NCBI GenBank assembly: GCA_963792965.1 | Contig: CAWBYW010000007.1 | Span: forward strand, 608,001-672,000 | Reading direction: 5' to 3' | DNA length: 64,000 nucleotides | DNA from: an uncultured delta proteobacterium | GTDB taxonomy: Bacteria; Desulfobacterota; Zymogenia; Zymogenales; Zymogenaceae | Shown: positions 29,056-38,509 of the stretch, piece after piece | How positions within the stretch are numbered: position 1 is the stretch's first letter | Layout of the letters: each line of letters begins with the position of its first letter | Made by a program: the position numbers and the translations under genes | Notes under the pieces: model-generated | Told to the model about the DNA's origin: nothing | What the model saw: the letters and a program-made list of their open reading frames with translations, nothing else | Databases searched by the model: none

Positions 29056-30210
29056 ATGACAAAAAGAATCATCGTTACCGTCCTGAAGGTCCTTGTGACC
29101 GTGCTTATCATCGCAATCCTCGTCCCGACGCTCTTTATCGTCGTCTCGGCCGTCAGGCCCAACCGATCGGTCGTCGACCGGGACCTCAACGTCGAGGTAT
29201 GGCCGGCCATAGCTGACGGGAGGCATAACTCCAACACCGATCTGATCTACTGGAACAACGCCTTCTGGCTCATCCAGGCGTCGGCCCCGTGGCACTTCGC
29301 CTCCACGGAGACGAAGCTCGTCCTGTGGCGCTCAAAGGACGCGCACACATGGGAGAAGGTCACGGAGTTTCATAACCCCGGGCAGGATATCAGGGACCCG
29401 AAGTTTGCCGTCATCGGGGGCCGTCTCTTCCTCTATGTCCTCAAGAATACCGCATTTGACGCCGAGCCCTACGGTACCGCGGCGGCCACAAGCCCGGATG
29501 GAAAGACCTGGAGTGCGCTTGTCGATATGAAACCCGCCGGCTGGCTTTTCTGGCGGCCCGAGTCTCCCGACGGCGGCAAAACCTGGTACGTCCCCGCCTA
29601 CTGGCACGAGCACGGAAAATCGATCATCCTGAAATCCGGCAACGGGCTTGACTGGGAGGTATCCTCTATCGTCCATTCGGGCGACGTGAACGACGAAACC
29701 GCCATAGTCTTCCTGCCGGACGGCAGGATGCTGGCGACGGCGCGTCTGGAAGTGGCCGGTTACTTTTTCGGCGACAACCGGGGCAACACCCTGATAGCGA
29801 CCGCCCGCCCCCCCTTCATGACCTGGAATTACGCCAACAGCACCGTCACGCGGCTGGACGGCCCGGCCCTCTTCCTCTACAACGGCCGTGTCTATGCCGT
29901 CGGGCGTTATCAGCCCGGGAAAAAGCCGCCCGGCTTCGAGACCGGCAGCATCCTTTCCAAGAAAAGGACCTCCCTCTTTCTCGTCGAAGAGGATCGACTC
30001 GTCTGGCTCTCTGACCTCCCGAGCGACGGCGATACCTCGTACGCCGGCGTCGTGACGAGGGGAGACGATCTGTACATCTCCTACTATACCAGCCCCGTCA
30101 AGAGAGACTACCCCTGGATCATGGGGATGCTGAGCCCGTCCAACATCATGATGGCTCAGGTGAGCCTGACTAAGCTCGAGGCGCTCGCCGTTAAAAAGGG
30201 AAAGGAATAG
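29056..30210 (+). CDS. Membrane-anchored Asp-box (BNR/sialidase-like) beta-propeller protein
   Basis: N-terminal TM; S-x-D-G-x-x-W-type repeats (SKDAHTW, SPDGKTW, SGNGLDW); DIRDP, GDTSY. Confidence 0.7.
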   Translation: MTKRIIVTVLKVLVTVLIIAILVPTLFIVVSAVRPNRSVVDRDLNVEVWPAIADGRHNSNTDLIYWNNAFWLIQASAPWHFASTETKLVLWRSKDAHTWEKVTEFHNPGQDIRDPKFAVIGGRLFLYVLKNTAFDAEPYGTAAATSPDGKTWSALVDMKPAGWLFWRPESPDGGKTWYVPAYWHEHGKSIILKSGNGLDWEVSSIVHSGDVNDETAIVFLPDGRMLATARLEVAGYFFGDNRGNTLIATARPPFMTWNYANSTVTRLDGPALFLYNGRVYAVGRYQPGKKPPGFETGSILSKKRTSLFLVEEDRLVWLSDLPSDGDTSYAGVVTRGDDLYISYYTSPVKRDYPWIMGMLSPSNIMMAQVSLTKLEALAVKKGKE

Positions 30211-30294
30211 GCGGCGTCCGCACCGGTAGGACGGGAGAATCGGCCGGACGATTTGGACCGCACTGGAAAGGGTGACTGAGGCAGGCACCGGGCC

Positions 30295-31716
30295 TCAGGA
30301 TGTCGATTCCTCCAAGAGGCGGTCAAGGAGACCGATCGTATCGGCGATGTCGCGCTCGGTGGTGCGCGGGTTGATCGTACACATCCTGAGCACCACCCTC
30401 CCCGAAAGGACCGTCGAGCTCACGAAGGCGTACCCGTCGAGGACCAGCCGATCCACAATCCCCCGGTGTATCGAGTCGATCTCTTCCGAGGGACGGCCAG
30501 GGAGGAGGGCTCGGAAGGTGACGATCCCCAGCTGAGCCGGGGTGACAACCCTCCAACGGCGAGAGGCGCCGATGATCGTTTCGGCGATCCGGGCGTTTTC
30601 GATCCCGGCGGCGACGGCCTCGCGAAAGGCGCTCAGGCCGAATACCTTGATCGACATCCAGAGCTTGAGCGCCCGAAAGCTCCGGGAAAGTTGGATACCG
30701 AAGTCACAGAAATTTACCTCGGTCCCCGTTCTCTCGACGTCTTTCATGTATTCCGGGAGGATGTGAAAGGCGTTCCTGAGGAGCGTCCGATCCCGCACCA
30801 GGACACAGCCGATCTCGAAGGGACAGAAGAGCCACTTGTGGGGATCGATAACCAACGAATCGGAGCAGGAAAGGCCCGAGAGGGCGGCCTTCCCCTCCTC
30901 CGTGAGTACCGCCGCGGCCCCATAGGCACCGTCGACATGGAGCCACATCCCGCAGTCCCTCGTGATCGCGGACAGTTCCTTGAGTGGATCCACCGCCCCG
31001 GTGTTGGTAGTGCCGGCGTTGGCCACCACACAGAAGGGGCGCCTACCCGCCGCCCGATCCCGTTCGATCTCTGCCGAGAGGAGCTCGGGGACGAGCCGGT
31101 AGTCTTTGTCTGCGGGGAGCTTCCTGATCTGGCGGGGGGCAAATCCCAGGACCCAGAGCGCCCGCTCCACCGACGAGTGGGTCTGATCGGAAAAATAGAC
31201 CACACCGTCGGTGAGGTCGTGTCCGAGGATCGTGTTCCGGGCGACCGCAAGCCCGGTTAGGTTCGCCATCGATCCCCCGCTGACGAAGAGCCCGCCCGCC
31301 CCCTCGGGCATCCCGCAGATCTGCCGGAGCCAACTAATGGTCACGAGCTCGATTTGGGCTGCCCCCGAGCCCTCAAGCCAAGTACTGGCAAAGACGTTGA
31401 AGCCCGATGACAGGGCGTCGGCCATTGCCCCGACGAAGTTCCCCGGCCCGGGGATGAAGGCGAAGTAGCGGGGATGGTCAACGTGCATAATCGCGCCCAG
31501 TACGTCGCGCTCGACCGTTCGGAGGATCTCGGCGATATCCCCGCCTTCTTCGGGGATCGGCTCGATGTCGATATCCCCGGACCACCCCTCTCCCAACCTG
31601 CGGGAGACCGGCTTCTTGCTCAGGGTCTCGACGTGATCGACGATCATATCCACGACCCGGTACCCGAGATCCCTCATCTCGTCGTGCGAGAGCGATAGCG
31701 TCTTTTTCCCAGCCAT
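30295..31716 (-). CDS. PLP-dependent group II (aromatic amino acid-type) decarboxylase
   Basis: HPRYFAF, SGGSMAN, HSS, AGTTNTGAVD, WLHVDGAYG, DPHKW. Confidence 0.92.
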   Translation of the reverse strand: MAGKKTLSLSHDEMRDLGYRVVDMIVDHVETLSKKPVSRRLGEGWSGDIDIEPIPEEGGDIAEILRTVERDVLGAIMHVDHPRYFAFIPGPGNFVGAMADALSSGFNVFASTWLEGSGAAQIELVTISWLRQICGMPEGAGGLFVSGGSMANLTGLAVARNTILGHDLTDGVVYFSDQTHSSVERALWVLGFAPRQIRKLPADKDYRLVPELLSAEIERDRAAGRRPFCVVANAGTTNTGAVDPLKELSAITRDCGMWLHVDGAYGAAAVLTEEGKAALSGLSCSDSLVIDPHKWLFCPFEIGCVLVRDRTLLRNAFHILPEYMKDVERTGTEVNFCDFGIQLSRSFRALKLWMSIKVFGLSAFREAVAAGIENARIAETIIGASRRWRVVTPAQLGIVTFRALLPGRPSEEIDSIHRGIVDRLVLDGYAFVSSTVLSGRVVLRMCTINPRTTERDIADTIGLLDRLLEESTS

Positions 31717-31819
31717 GGGGCCTCCCTTAACGATGACGTGATTACCTAAGAAACTCCGAAAGTCTCAAGATAAGAACTCGGGTCGCCTCTCCCCGCGAGA
31801 CGACATTTCTCCATCGCCC

Positions 31820-32932
31820 TTACCTCTGATTTCCTTTAGTTGGTGAGAATCGACCCTTGCGGGTGATATCGGAAAGTCTCGTATCCGGCTCATGATACCT
31901 CCGGTAAAACCGCGTTGCCGTGGTGTAGGTAAACGCGGCGTCGACTACGGGTATCCGGCACAGGAGATTGAACACGAGATACGCCGCCGCGGTCGAGGTC
32001 AGGAAATAGGGGTACTGGATCAGCATCGTGGTCCATTCCCCGGCGTCCGGATGTCCGGGGACGTGTGCCGTCAGCTCGCCCAGGAGGTACTGGGCGGCGG
32101 GAACAGAAGTGACGAAGTAGAGGATGACGGCCCACGAATGGCCCGCCTGGACGGCCTCTTCCGGGCAGAAGGCGATGCAGTGCATGCAGCTTTCGCACCG
32201 GTACGTCCAGTAGGGACGCGGCCGTTTCTTGCCGAGCATCTTGATGGCTCCCGTCGGGCAGTCGCGGGCACAGAGGCCGCACCCGTTGCAGCGATTGTCC
32301 GCAAAGAAGAGCTTTGCAAACAGAAAACGCCCGTACAGGAGGTATCCCGCGGATACAGGCAGAAGAAGAATGCCAAACAGCAGGCAGATGATACGGCCGT
32401 ATCGCCGCTTATCCTCGAGAAGGCCGTCGATGAAGGCCGTGGCTTTCGGTCGGGCCCGCTCGATGATGGCACGTGCGTTATCTTCCCGAAAGCCGGGGTG
32501 AAGGGCGATCCAGTTTGACGGCATGTCGACTCCCGCGACCCCCCGCACCGCATAGCCTTTGAGAAGAAGGATCAACGCAATCAAAAAGCCCGCCGTTCCC
32601 TCCATGCCGGGGAGGAACACCCGCCCGAATTTCGACCCGGCGCAGCTTGAGACGACGACGGCATGCGTCCCCTCCCCCCACGGCATCCTGAGGGCAAAAC
32701 GGATCATGTGCCACGGGGCGGTGAAGCCGTGGGTCGGCATGAAAAGCCCGACGAGCCGTCGCCGTCCCTTCCCGGCCTCGGCGTTCGGCCTCCCCTCGGC
32801 GAGGGGAACGACACGAGACGAAATGCCCGCCTCCTCGGCCCGCTCGGCCATCCATCGGGCGACGCGTAGCGTGTTGCCGGTGCCGCTCATCACATAGAAA
32901 AGGGCCTCTTTATAGCTCGTCATCTTCTTCAT
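31820..32932 (-). CDS. EFR1-family flavodoxin-like/2x[4Fe-4S] ferredoxin protein
   Basis: SGTGNT, MPSNW, CNGCGLC...CP and CESCMHC...CP. Confidence 0.85.
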   Translation of the reverse strand: MKKMTSYKEALFYVMSGTGNTLRVARWMAERAEEAGISSRVVPLAEGRPNAEAGKGRRRLVGLFMPTHGFTAPWHMIRFALRMPWGEGTHAVVVSSCAGSKFGRVFLPGMEGTAGFLIALILLLKGYAVRGVAGVDMPSNWIALHPGFREDNARAIIERARPKATAFIDGLLEDKRRYGRIICLLFGILLLPVSAGYLLYGRFLFAKLFFADNRCNGCGLCARDCPTGAIKMLGKKRPRPYWTYRCESCMHCIAFCPEEAVQAGHSWAVILYFVTSVPAAQYLLGELTAHVPGHPDAGEWTTMLIQYPYFLTSTAAAYLVFNLLCRIPVVDAAFTYTTATRFYRRYHEPDTRLSDITRKGRFSPTKGNQR

Positions 32933-33069
32933 CGTTTACGGCGACCGCCGGGCACAGCCGCATTAAACGCGCGGACACGGCAAAGCGTGTATCGTCGACA
33001 GGCCCCGCGCAGACATTTCAAGTCAGATCCATCCCCTGCCCCTTGGCGAGATAGCGGGGAGGCATCTCA

Positions 33070-33541
33070 TCATCTCGTGAAGATGAGCACACAGTATCCA
33101 TCGTACGCCCCGACGCCGACCTTCGTGAAGTCCCCGAGGATGTTGGCCCGGTGACCCGACGACCCCATCCAGAGCGACACGACACCGGCGTGCCGAGGTC
33201 TCCCCATACGCGATGTTTTCCCCGGCCAAATGATACACGACGTGAAACTCGGCCAGTCGTCCGGCAAGGTCCTTCCCGCTCGGGTTGGTATGGCTGAAAA
33301 AATTGCGCCGATCCATATCCTCGGCGTGATCCTGGGCGATCCTGGCCAGAATTTCGTCGCAGACGAGCGCTGGGCGGTTATACTGTTCCCGCTCCCGGTT
33401 GACCAGCAGCAGGATTTCCTCCCTCAGCCCCTGCTGGGTCGGGCCGACGCAGGAGGACGATACCTCCCCGCACAGAGCCGCGGCGGTGAGTACGGGCAAG
33501 AGAACCAACAGAAACCAGGTAATCACGCAGAGCTTTTTCAT
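33070..33541 (-). CDS. Secreted CAP (SCP) domain protein, frameshifted near 33184
   Basis: LVNRER, HAEDM...FFSH, GENIA, then WMGSSGHRANIL in the next frame. Confidence 0.8.
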
Positions 33542-33631
33542 AGGGACTACAGAAAACGAGGGGAGATACCCCCCCTCGCATTTATCACCTTTCGTCAATA
33601 TATCTAACTCGAAAACGGCCCCTTGCTGCGC

Positions 33632-35173
33632 CTAATCGTCTCCAAGCCCGTTATGGTGCGCCGGCCCCGGAGAGGCGTCCTTTGCCGCTATCTCTTTGAC
33701 CGACCGGGCGGCCCTCGTGATTGCGTCGGAAACGGCGTTCTTGATGTCGCTCGTCCTCCGTTTCAGGTCGATATTTACGATATAGGACTCAGTCGTCTCT
33801 ATCAGCTTTATCACCCTGAGGTAGAGGCGATTCTCTTTAACCCAGCCCCTGCTGAGCCGCTTCGCGTAGGCGGCCACCATCACCCCGAAGAAATCGAATC
33901 GACAGAAGCGCCTGATGACCTCCGCCGTGGAATAGAACCGTGCGTGTCCCCTGATCTGCGCCCGCTGGAGATGATAGGGACTCAGCTGTTTCGGAACAAA
34001 AACGACATGGTGGCCGTCATAGAAGCTCCAGTCCCTGAGCATGATTCGGCCTTCCTTTTCAAGCTCCCGATAGACCGGGGTCCCCGGGAAGGGGGTCAGG
34101 ATGAGAAATTGGACGGTATCGAGCATCTTCCTCTTGGCAAACGCAACGGTCTTGGCCAGCGTCTTCTTGTCGTCGGTATCAAAGCCGAAAACGAACATAC
34201 CGTGGACGTCTATGCCGAACTTACTGAATCCCGCCAGCCCCTCTTCCATGTCGGCGACCGTCTGCTTCTTGTTCATGCACGTGAGGCTCTCGGGGCTGAT
34301 GCTCTCGAGCCCCACGAAGACCGTCTTGAGCCCCGCCTCTTTCATGAGGCCGACGAGCTCCAAATCTTTCCCCGTGTCCACCCGGACCTGGGCCGAGGAG
34401 AGAAACGAGAAACCCTCGGCGATCATCTTCCTCAAGAGCTCCTTGGTCCTTTTCGGATCGGCCGCGAAGTTATCATCGTAAAAGAAGATGGAATTCTTTT
34501 TTTTGTCGTACTGTCTGAGCTCCTCGATCACCTTATCCACGTCGCGGTATCTCATCTTCCTCCCGAACATGCCGGTCACAGAGCAGAAGCTGCAGTTGTA
34601 CGGGCACCCGCGAGAGGTCTGGATCGGGATAACGGGGTTCGTCCACCGACGTTTTTGAAACACGCCGCCCGCGATCAGAGAGATATCCGGCTGGGGCAAC
34701 TGGTTAAGGTCGACGAACGATGAATCGATTTCGTTATGGAAAACACGCCCGTCCCGGACATACGAAAGGCCCGGCACGTCGTCCGGTTTGCGTCCCGCCG
34801 CAAGCGCCTCCACAAGAAGAGGGAACGACCGCTCGCCTTCCCCTCTGATAACGTAATCCGAAAAGGTAAGGGCCTCATCGGTCATGAACGTCACATGGGG
34901 GCCGCCCATGACCGTGGGAACGCCGGAAAATTTCAGTGCCGCGGCCATCTCGTAGGCCCTCGGTGCGGTGGAGGTGGTGGTCGATATGCCCACGAGCTCG
35001 GAGCCGAGGACTCTATCCCATGAGATCGGCTCGATAGACTCGACCATAACGGAAACATCATGGCCCTGTTGTTTGAGGATGGTGCCCAAAAGCACCGTGC
35101 CGAGGCGCGGCAGGGCATAAAGGGAAAAGATATGGGAATCGGGACTCTTGGGCTCGATGAGCGTTATCTTCAT
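33632..35173 (-). CDS. Cobalamin-binding radical SAM protein
   Basis: GGPHVT, GEGE, TSRGCPYNCSFC, DDNF, GLES, TPFPGT. Confidence 0.92.
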   Translation of the reverse strand: MKITLIEPKSPDSHIFSLYALPRLGTVLLGTILKQQGHDVSVMVESIEPISWDRVLGSELVGISTTTSTAPRAYEMAAALKFSGVPTVMGGPHVTFMTDEALTFSDYVIRGEGERSFPLLVEALAAGRKPDDVPGLSYVRDGRVFHNEIDSSFVDLNQLPQPDISLIAGGVFQKRRWTNPVIPIQTSRGCPYNCSFCSVTGMFGRKMRYRDVDKVIEELRQYDKKKNSIFFYDDNFAADPKRTKELLRKMIAEGFSFLSSAQVRVDTGKDLELVGLMKEAGLKTVFVGLESISPESLTCMNKKQTVADMEEGLAGFSKFGIDVHGMFVFGFDTDDKKTLAKTVAFAKRKMLDTVQFLILTPFPGTPVYRELEKEGRIMLRDWSFYDGHHVVFVPKQLSPYHLQRAQIRGHARFYSTAEVIRRFCRFDFFGVMVAAYAKRLSRGWVKENRLYLRVIKLIETTESYIVNIDLKRRTSDIKNAVSDAITRAARSVKEIAAKDASPGPAHHNGLGDD

Positions 35174-35445
35174 GGAAGTACTCCGTTATATCTTTTTATC
35201 ATGATACTAACCGCACGACCGCCGTTTCTCTGCTGATATCACCTGTACGAAATGCGCTCCTAAGACTCATCGGCGCCAAGGGCTATCTATCGCTCTTCGC
35301 GGCGTTCCGCGTGTGAGATGGAGGGATATTAGTAGAATTCTCGAGCTGGCCGGAGCGTGCAGAATACCTTCTTATTGTCTCTCGTTTTTAATAAGTATAT
35401 ACCACAGTCAATCGTTTTTCAAGCGACCTATTGATTTTTCTTTCT

Positions 35446-35886
35446 CTAAAGGTCCTTGCTCATGATCAAAATCTCATCGTCGCGAGAAAACCATCCCCTC
35501 TTCTCATAGAATGCGGAGGCCCCGTTGTCCCGGTAGATCATAAGGTGGATGCGCTGCGCCCCGAGTTTCTTTAATAAACGCTCCACTTCGTCCATCAACG
35601 AGGAGCCGGCCCCGTGTCCCCAGAAGTCTCTGGCTACCGCCAGGTGGTAGATATACCCCCGCCTCCCGTCCCACCCGCCGAGCACCGTGCCGACGATCCG
35701 TCCGCCGTTCTCCATTACGAGGCACGTCTCACGGTTTTTTTCCAGGAAGGCCGAAAGGCTTGTCCGCTCGTCGGCCGACGAAAGCCCCATGCCCGGCAGC
35801 CCCTTCCATATCTCGACGACCGCATCGTAGTCTTCAATCGTCATCTCCCGGATATGGCCACGGTCAAGCTCCCCTGTTTCCTTCAT
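35446..35886 (-). CDS. GNAT acetyltransferase
   Basis: DGRRGYIYHLAV, G.G..LM, FYEKRGW; GGAG RBS before ATG 35886. Confidence 0.88.
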   Translation of the reverse strand: MKETGELDRGHIREMTIEDYDAVVEIWKGLPGMGLSSADERTSLSAFLEKNRETCLVMENGGRIVGTVLGGWDGRRGYIYHLAVARDFWGHGAGSSLMDEVERLLKKLGAQRIHLMIYRDNGASAFYEKRGWFSRDDEILIMSKDL

Positions 35887-36075
35887 TTCATCGACTCCAC
35901 CGGTTGTTTCACTGGATACACGGCCCGCGTTGTCAAAGGACGCTGTTCCCCCTTCCGCTCGTCCTTCAAACATTACTATACACAAAAAGAGATTGGCGGT
36001 CAACAGCGCCCGTAAAAAATGGTGAAATCCGACAATCTATGTTATAATTCCGCATCATCTCAAAAGGAGGACCCG

Positions 36076-37254
36076 ATGGACCTCATCCAAATCATGTCGC
36101 ATTTTGCCGTGCCGCGGCCCAACCAGAGCGACGCCCTCGAAAAAACCGCCGCCTATATCAAGTCGCTGTTGACCGACTGGGGTATCCCGTTTTCCATCCA
36201 GGAGTTTCCGCTCCGCCCTTACATGCAGCTTATCCTCGGCGCCGCGGTGCTTGTCCTCGCGGTCCTGCTCTTTGTGCTCATCCTCAAGAAACGGCCGATC
36301 GCCGCGCTCGTCGTGGCGCTCTTGATCCCCCTACTCCTTGTCGTCGAGTTTGAGCTCTTTGTTCCCGTCGTCACGGGTATCGTCAAGAAAACCGGCCAGG
36401 ATATCGTCGTCTCATTTACCGTCCCCCATCCCGCCCGGGAGCTGATATTTGCCGCCCATTATGATTCCAAGACCGATTTCTGGGATCACGTGCAGCGCGC
36501 GAAGATCTACCAGTTCATTCCCCTGGCTTTTTTACTCGGCCTTGCCCTGGCGGTCTTTACCTTCTTTACGAGGCGATACGCCTCACTCAAGAAAAAGCTG
36601 GTCACGGCCGTCACGGTGATCCTCGCCGGGGTCCTCGTCGTCTATTGGGGCCTCGTCTTTCTCGGCTTCGGGGGGTACATCTTCATACCGAAAGACAGGC
36701 AGTCGTTCGGGGCAGTGGACGACGGATCGGCGGTGGTGACACTCCTTGCGCTTGCCAAGGACATCAAAGACGGCAAGGTCCAACTCGGCAATTCCAATGT
36801 TACCATCGTCTTCACCGCGGGTGAAGAAGTCACCCTGCAGGGGGCCGACTGGTACGTCAGAGAGCGATTCGGACACGGCAAGAAACCCGCCCTTCCCACG
36901 ACTCTCGTCGATCTGGAGCTCGTCGCCCAGAACGGCACGATGATCTACTGGAAGAAGGACGGGATCTTTCTGAAGTACTACAGCGCCGATCCCGGGCTGG
37001 CGGCAATGCTCGGCGCCGCCTGGGAGGGCGTCTCCGGGATGAGGATGGAGTCCCGCCCGACGATCACCGATGACGCGCAGCGCTTCATGGCGGCAGGCAT
37101 TCCCTCCATCACCGTGGGTAACGCGGGCGTTCCGGGCCTGGGCGAGGGTGGTTTCCATTCTCCAAAGGACAATATCCAGCGCGTGAATATGGATAACCTT
37201 AAAATGATGATCGAGACGCTGGAGAAATACATCGGGTTCTATCTGACCAAGTAG
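36076..37254 (+). CDS. Membrane-bound M28 family peptidase
   Basis: AHYDS, GAVDDGS, AGEE, DLE, FHSPKD; AGGAGG RBS. Confidence 0.85.
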   Translation: MDLIQIMSHFAVPRPNQSDALEKTAAYIKSLLTDWGIPFSIQEFPLRPYMQLILGAAVLVLAVLLFVLILKKRPIAALVVALLIPLLLVVEFELFVPVVTGIVKKTGQDIVVSFTVPHPARELIFAAHYDSKTDFWDHVQRAKIYQFIPLAFLLGLALAVFTFFTRRYASLKKKLVTAVTVILAGVLVVYWGLVFLGFGGYIFIPKDRQSFGAVDDGSAVVTLLALAKDIKDGKVQLGNSNVTIVFTAGEEVTLQGADWYVRERFGHGKKPALPTTLVDLELVAQNGTMIYWKKDGIFLKYYSADPGLAAMLGAAWEGVSGMRMESRPTITDDAQRFMAAGIPSITVGNAGVPGLGEGGFHSPKDNIQRVNMDNLKMMIETLEKYIGFYLTK

Positions 37255-37366
37255 CCGCCGACAGCGAATCCCCTTGGGGTGACGCACGGCATCGTAATTC
37301 ACGTAACGGGAGGGGCCCAGTCTCGATCGGGCTCCCGGATATTTATGCACATTTCAGGGATCTAAT

Positions 37367-38365
37367 ATGGAATCTCATGCGAAAGTTCATCAGGGCTGTA
37401 TTGCCTGCGGGACGGACGGGTTTCTCATCAGGGGATACGAATCGACGGCCGATGGGGGGCTCAGGGCTCCCATCGTCATGGACGAGCGGACGGAGGGATG
37501 GATCGGCATCCCCCACGGCGGCGTCGGGATGGGGGCGATCCTGGAGCTCTTCTCGTTTCACCCGTCCTACCCCGAGAGCCCGTCGGCGATCTTTCCCCTC
37601 TCGGTCGATTTCCGCATGGGAGGGGCGCAGGTCTTTGTGGGGGACACCGTGTCGCTGACGGTCACGAAAAAGGACGGCGGCGCAACCGGCGTCATCGAGA
37701 AGGAGGGAGAGGCTCACCCCTATATCACGGGTGATATCACCCTCAAGAAAGACGACCCGGAGGGAAGGGCGCTGCTCGCATCCTACCTTCCCTCCAACTA
37801 CGCACAGATCGAAAAGAGGCTCGTTCCCCTTCCCTACTACAGGAACTGCCTCGTCTGCGGCGTCGACCGCAAATATCCGGGGTTACGGCGCATGTTTCGT
37901 CTCGTCGACGACAGCCCCGATCGTATCGTCATCGCGCCGATCGGCTTTGACGCGCACGATAAAGACACCGTCTGTCGGTTCCGCCGGGGTGAACACCTGC
38001 ATCCCCTCTGTTTTCTGGCCCTCGGAGACGAGACGATGGGCTGGGGCGCATTCTTTCTTTCCAAGAACGGCGGCGTCTCGGTGAGGCTCTCCTACACCTT
38101 CCTGCGCGACGTGAGGGTCGACGAGCGGCTCGTCTTCTTCGGCCATGGAGAGCGGGTCAAGGGCGACATCTCGAAGCGGATGATGTTCTGGGGCTCGGGA
38201 GGGGCGGCCGTCGTAAAGGATGACGGCACCTTCGAGATCGTGATGACCTCCTCCGGCCAGTGGCTGGCCATCGAGGCGCTGACCCACCAGATGCGGCAGA
38301 ACCTCATCCCCGAAGAGATGACCAGCCGCGCCTTCCAGATCGCTGAGGGGGCACGTAAAGAGTAG
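37367..38365 (+). CDS. Double hotdog-fold (thioesterase-like) protein
   Basis: Two repeats beginning CIACG and CLVCG; GIPHGG in the first, LGDETMG in the second. Confidence 0.65.
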   Translation: MESHAKVHQGCIACGTDGFLIRGYESTADGGLRAPIVMDERTEGWIGIPHGGVGMGAILELFSFHPSYPESPSAIFPLSVDFRMGGAQVFVGDTVSLTVTKKDGGATGVIEKEGEAHPYITGDITLKKDDPEGRALLASYLPSNYAQIEKRLVPLPYYRNCLVCGVDRKYPGLRRMFRLVDDSPDRIVIAPIGFDAHDKDTVCRFRRGEHLHPLCFLALGDETMGWGAFFLSKNGGVSVRLSYTFLRDVRVDERLVFFGHGERVKGDISKRMMFWGSGGAAVVKDDGTFEIVMTSSGQWLAIEALTHQMRQNLIPEEMTSRAFQIAEGARKE

Positions 38366-38445
38366 CCCCCGGCCGTTCGCTGTATTTCGCACGCACAATC
38401 GGCGCGCATAATTCTCATCGCACGCAAGAATACTTTCCTGACTGC

Positions 38446-38473
38446 TTGACAGGGGAAAGAATCGGCGTATAAT
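38446..38473 (+). promoter_or_regulatory. Consensus sigma70 promoter
   Basis: TTGACA-16 nt-TATAAT. Confidence 0.75.
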
Positions 38474-38509
38474 TCGGAACATTAAATTGTCTTAATGGAG
38501 AACGCGAGA

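Noticed and set aside
35174-35400. Cobalamin riboswitch upstream of the B12 radical SAM gene
   Set aside because: No recognisable B12-box or GGGAA/GCCACTG core on the minus strand
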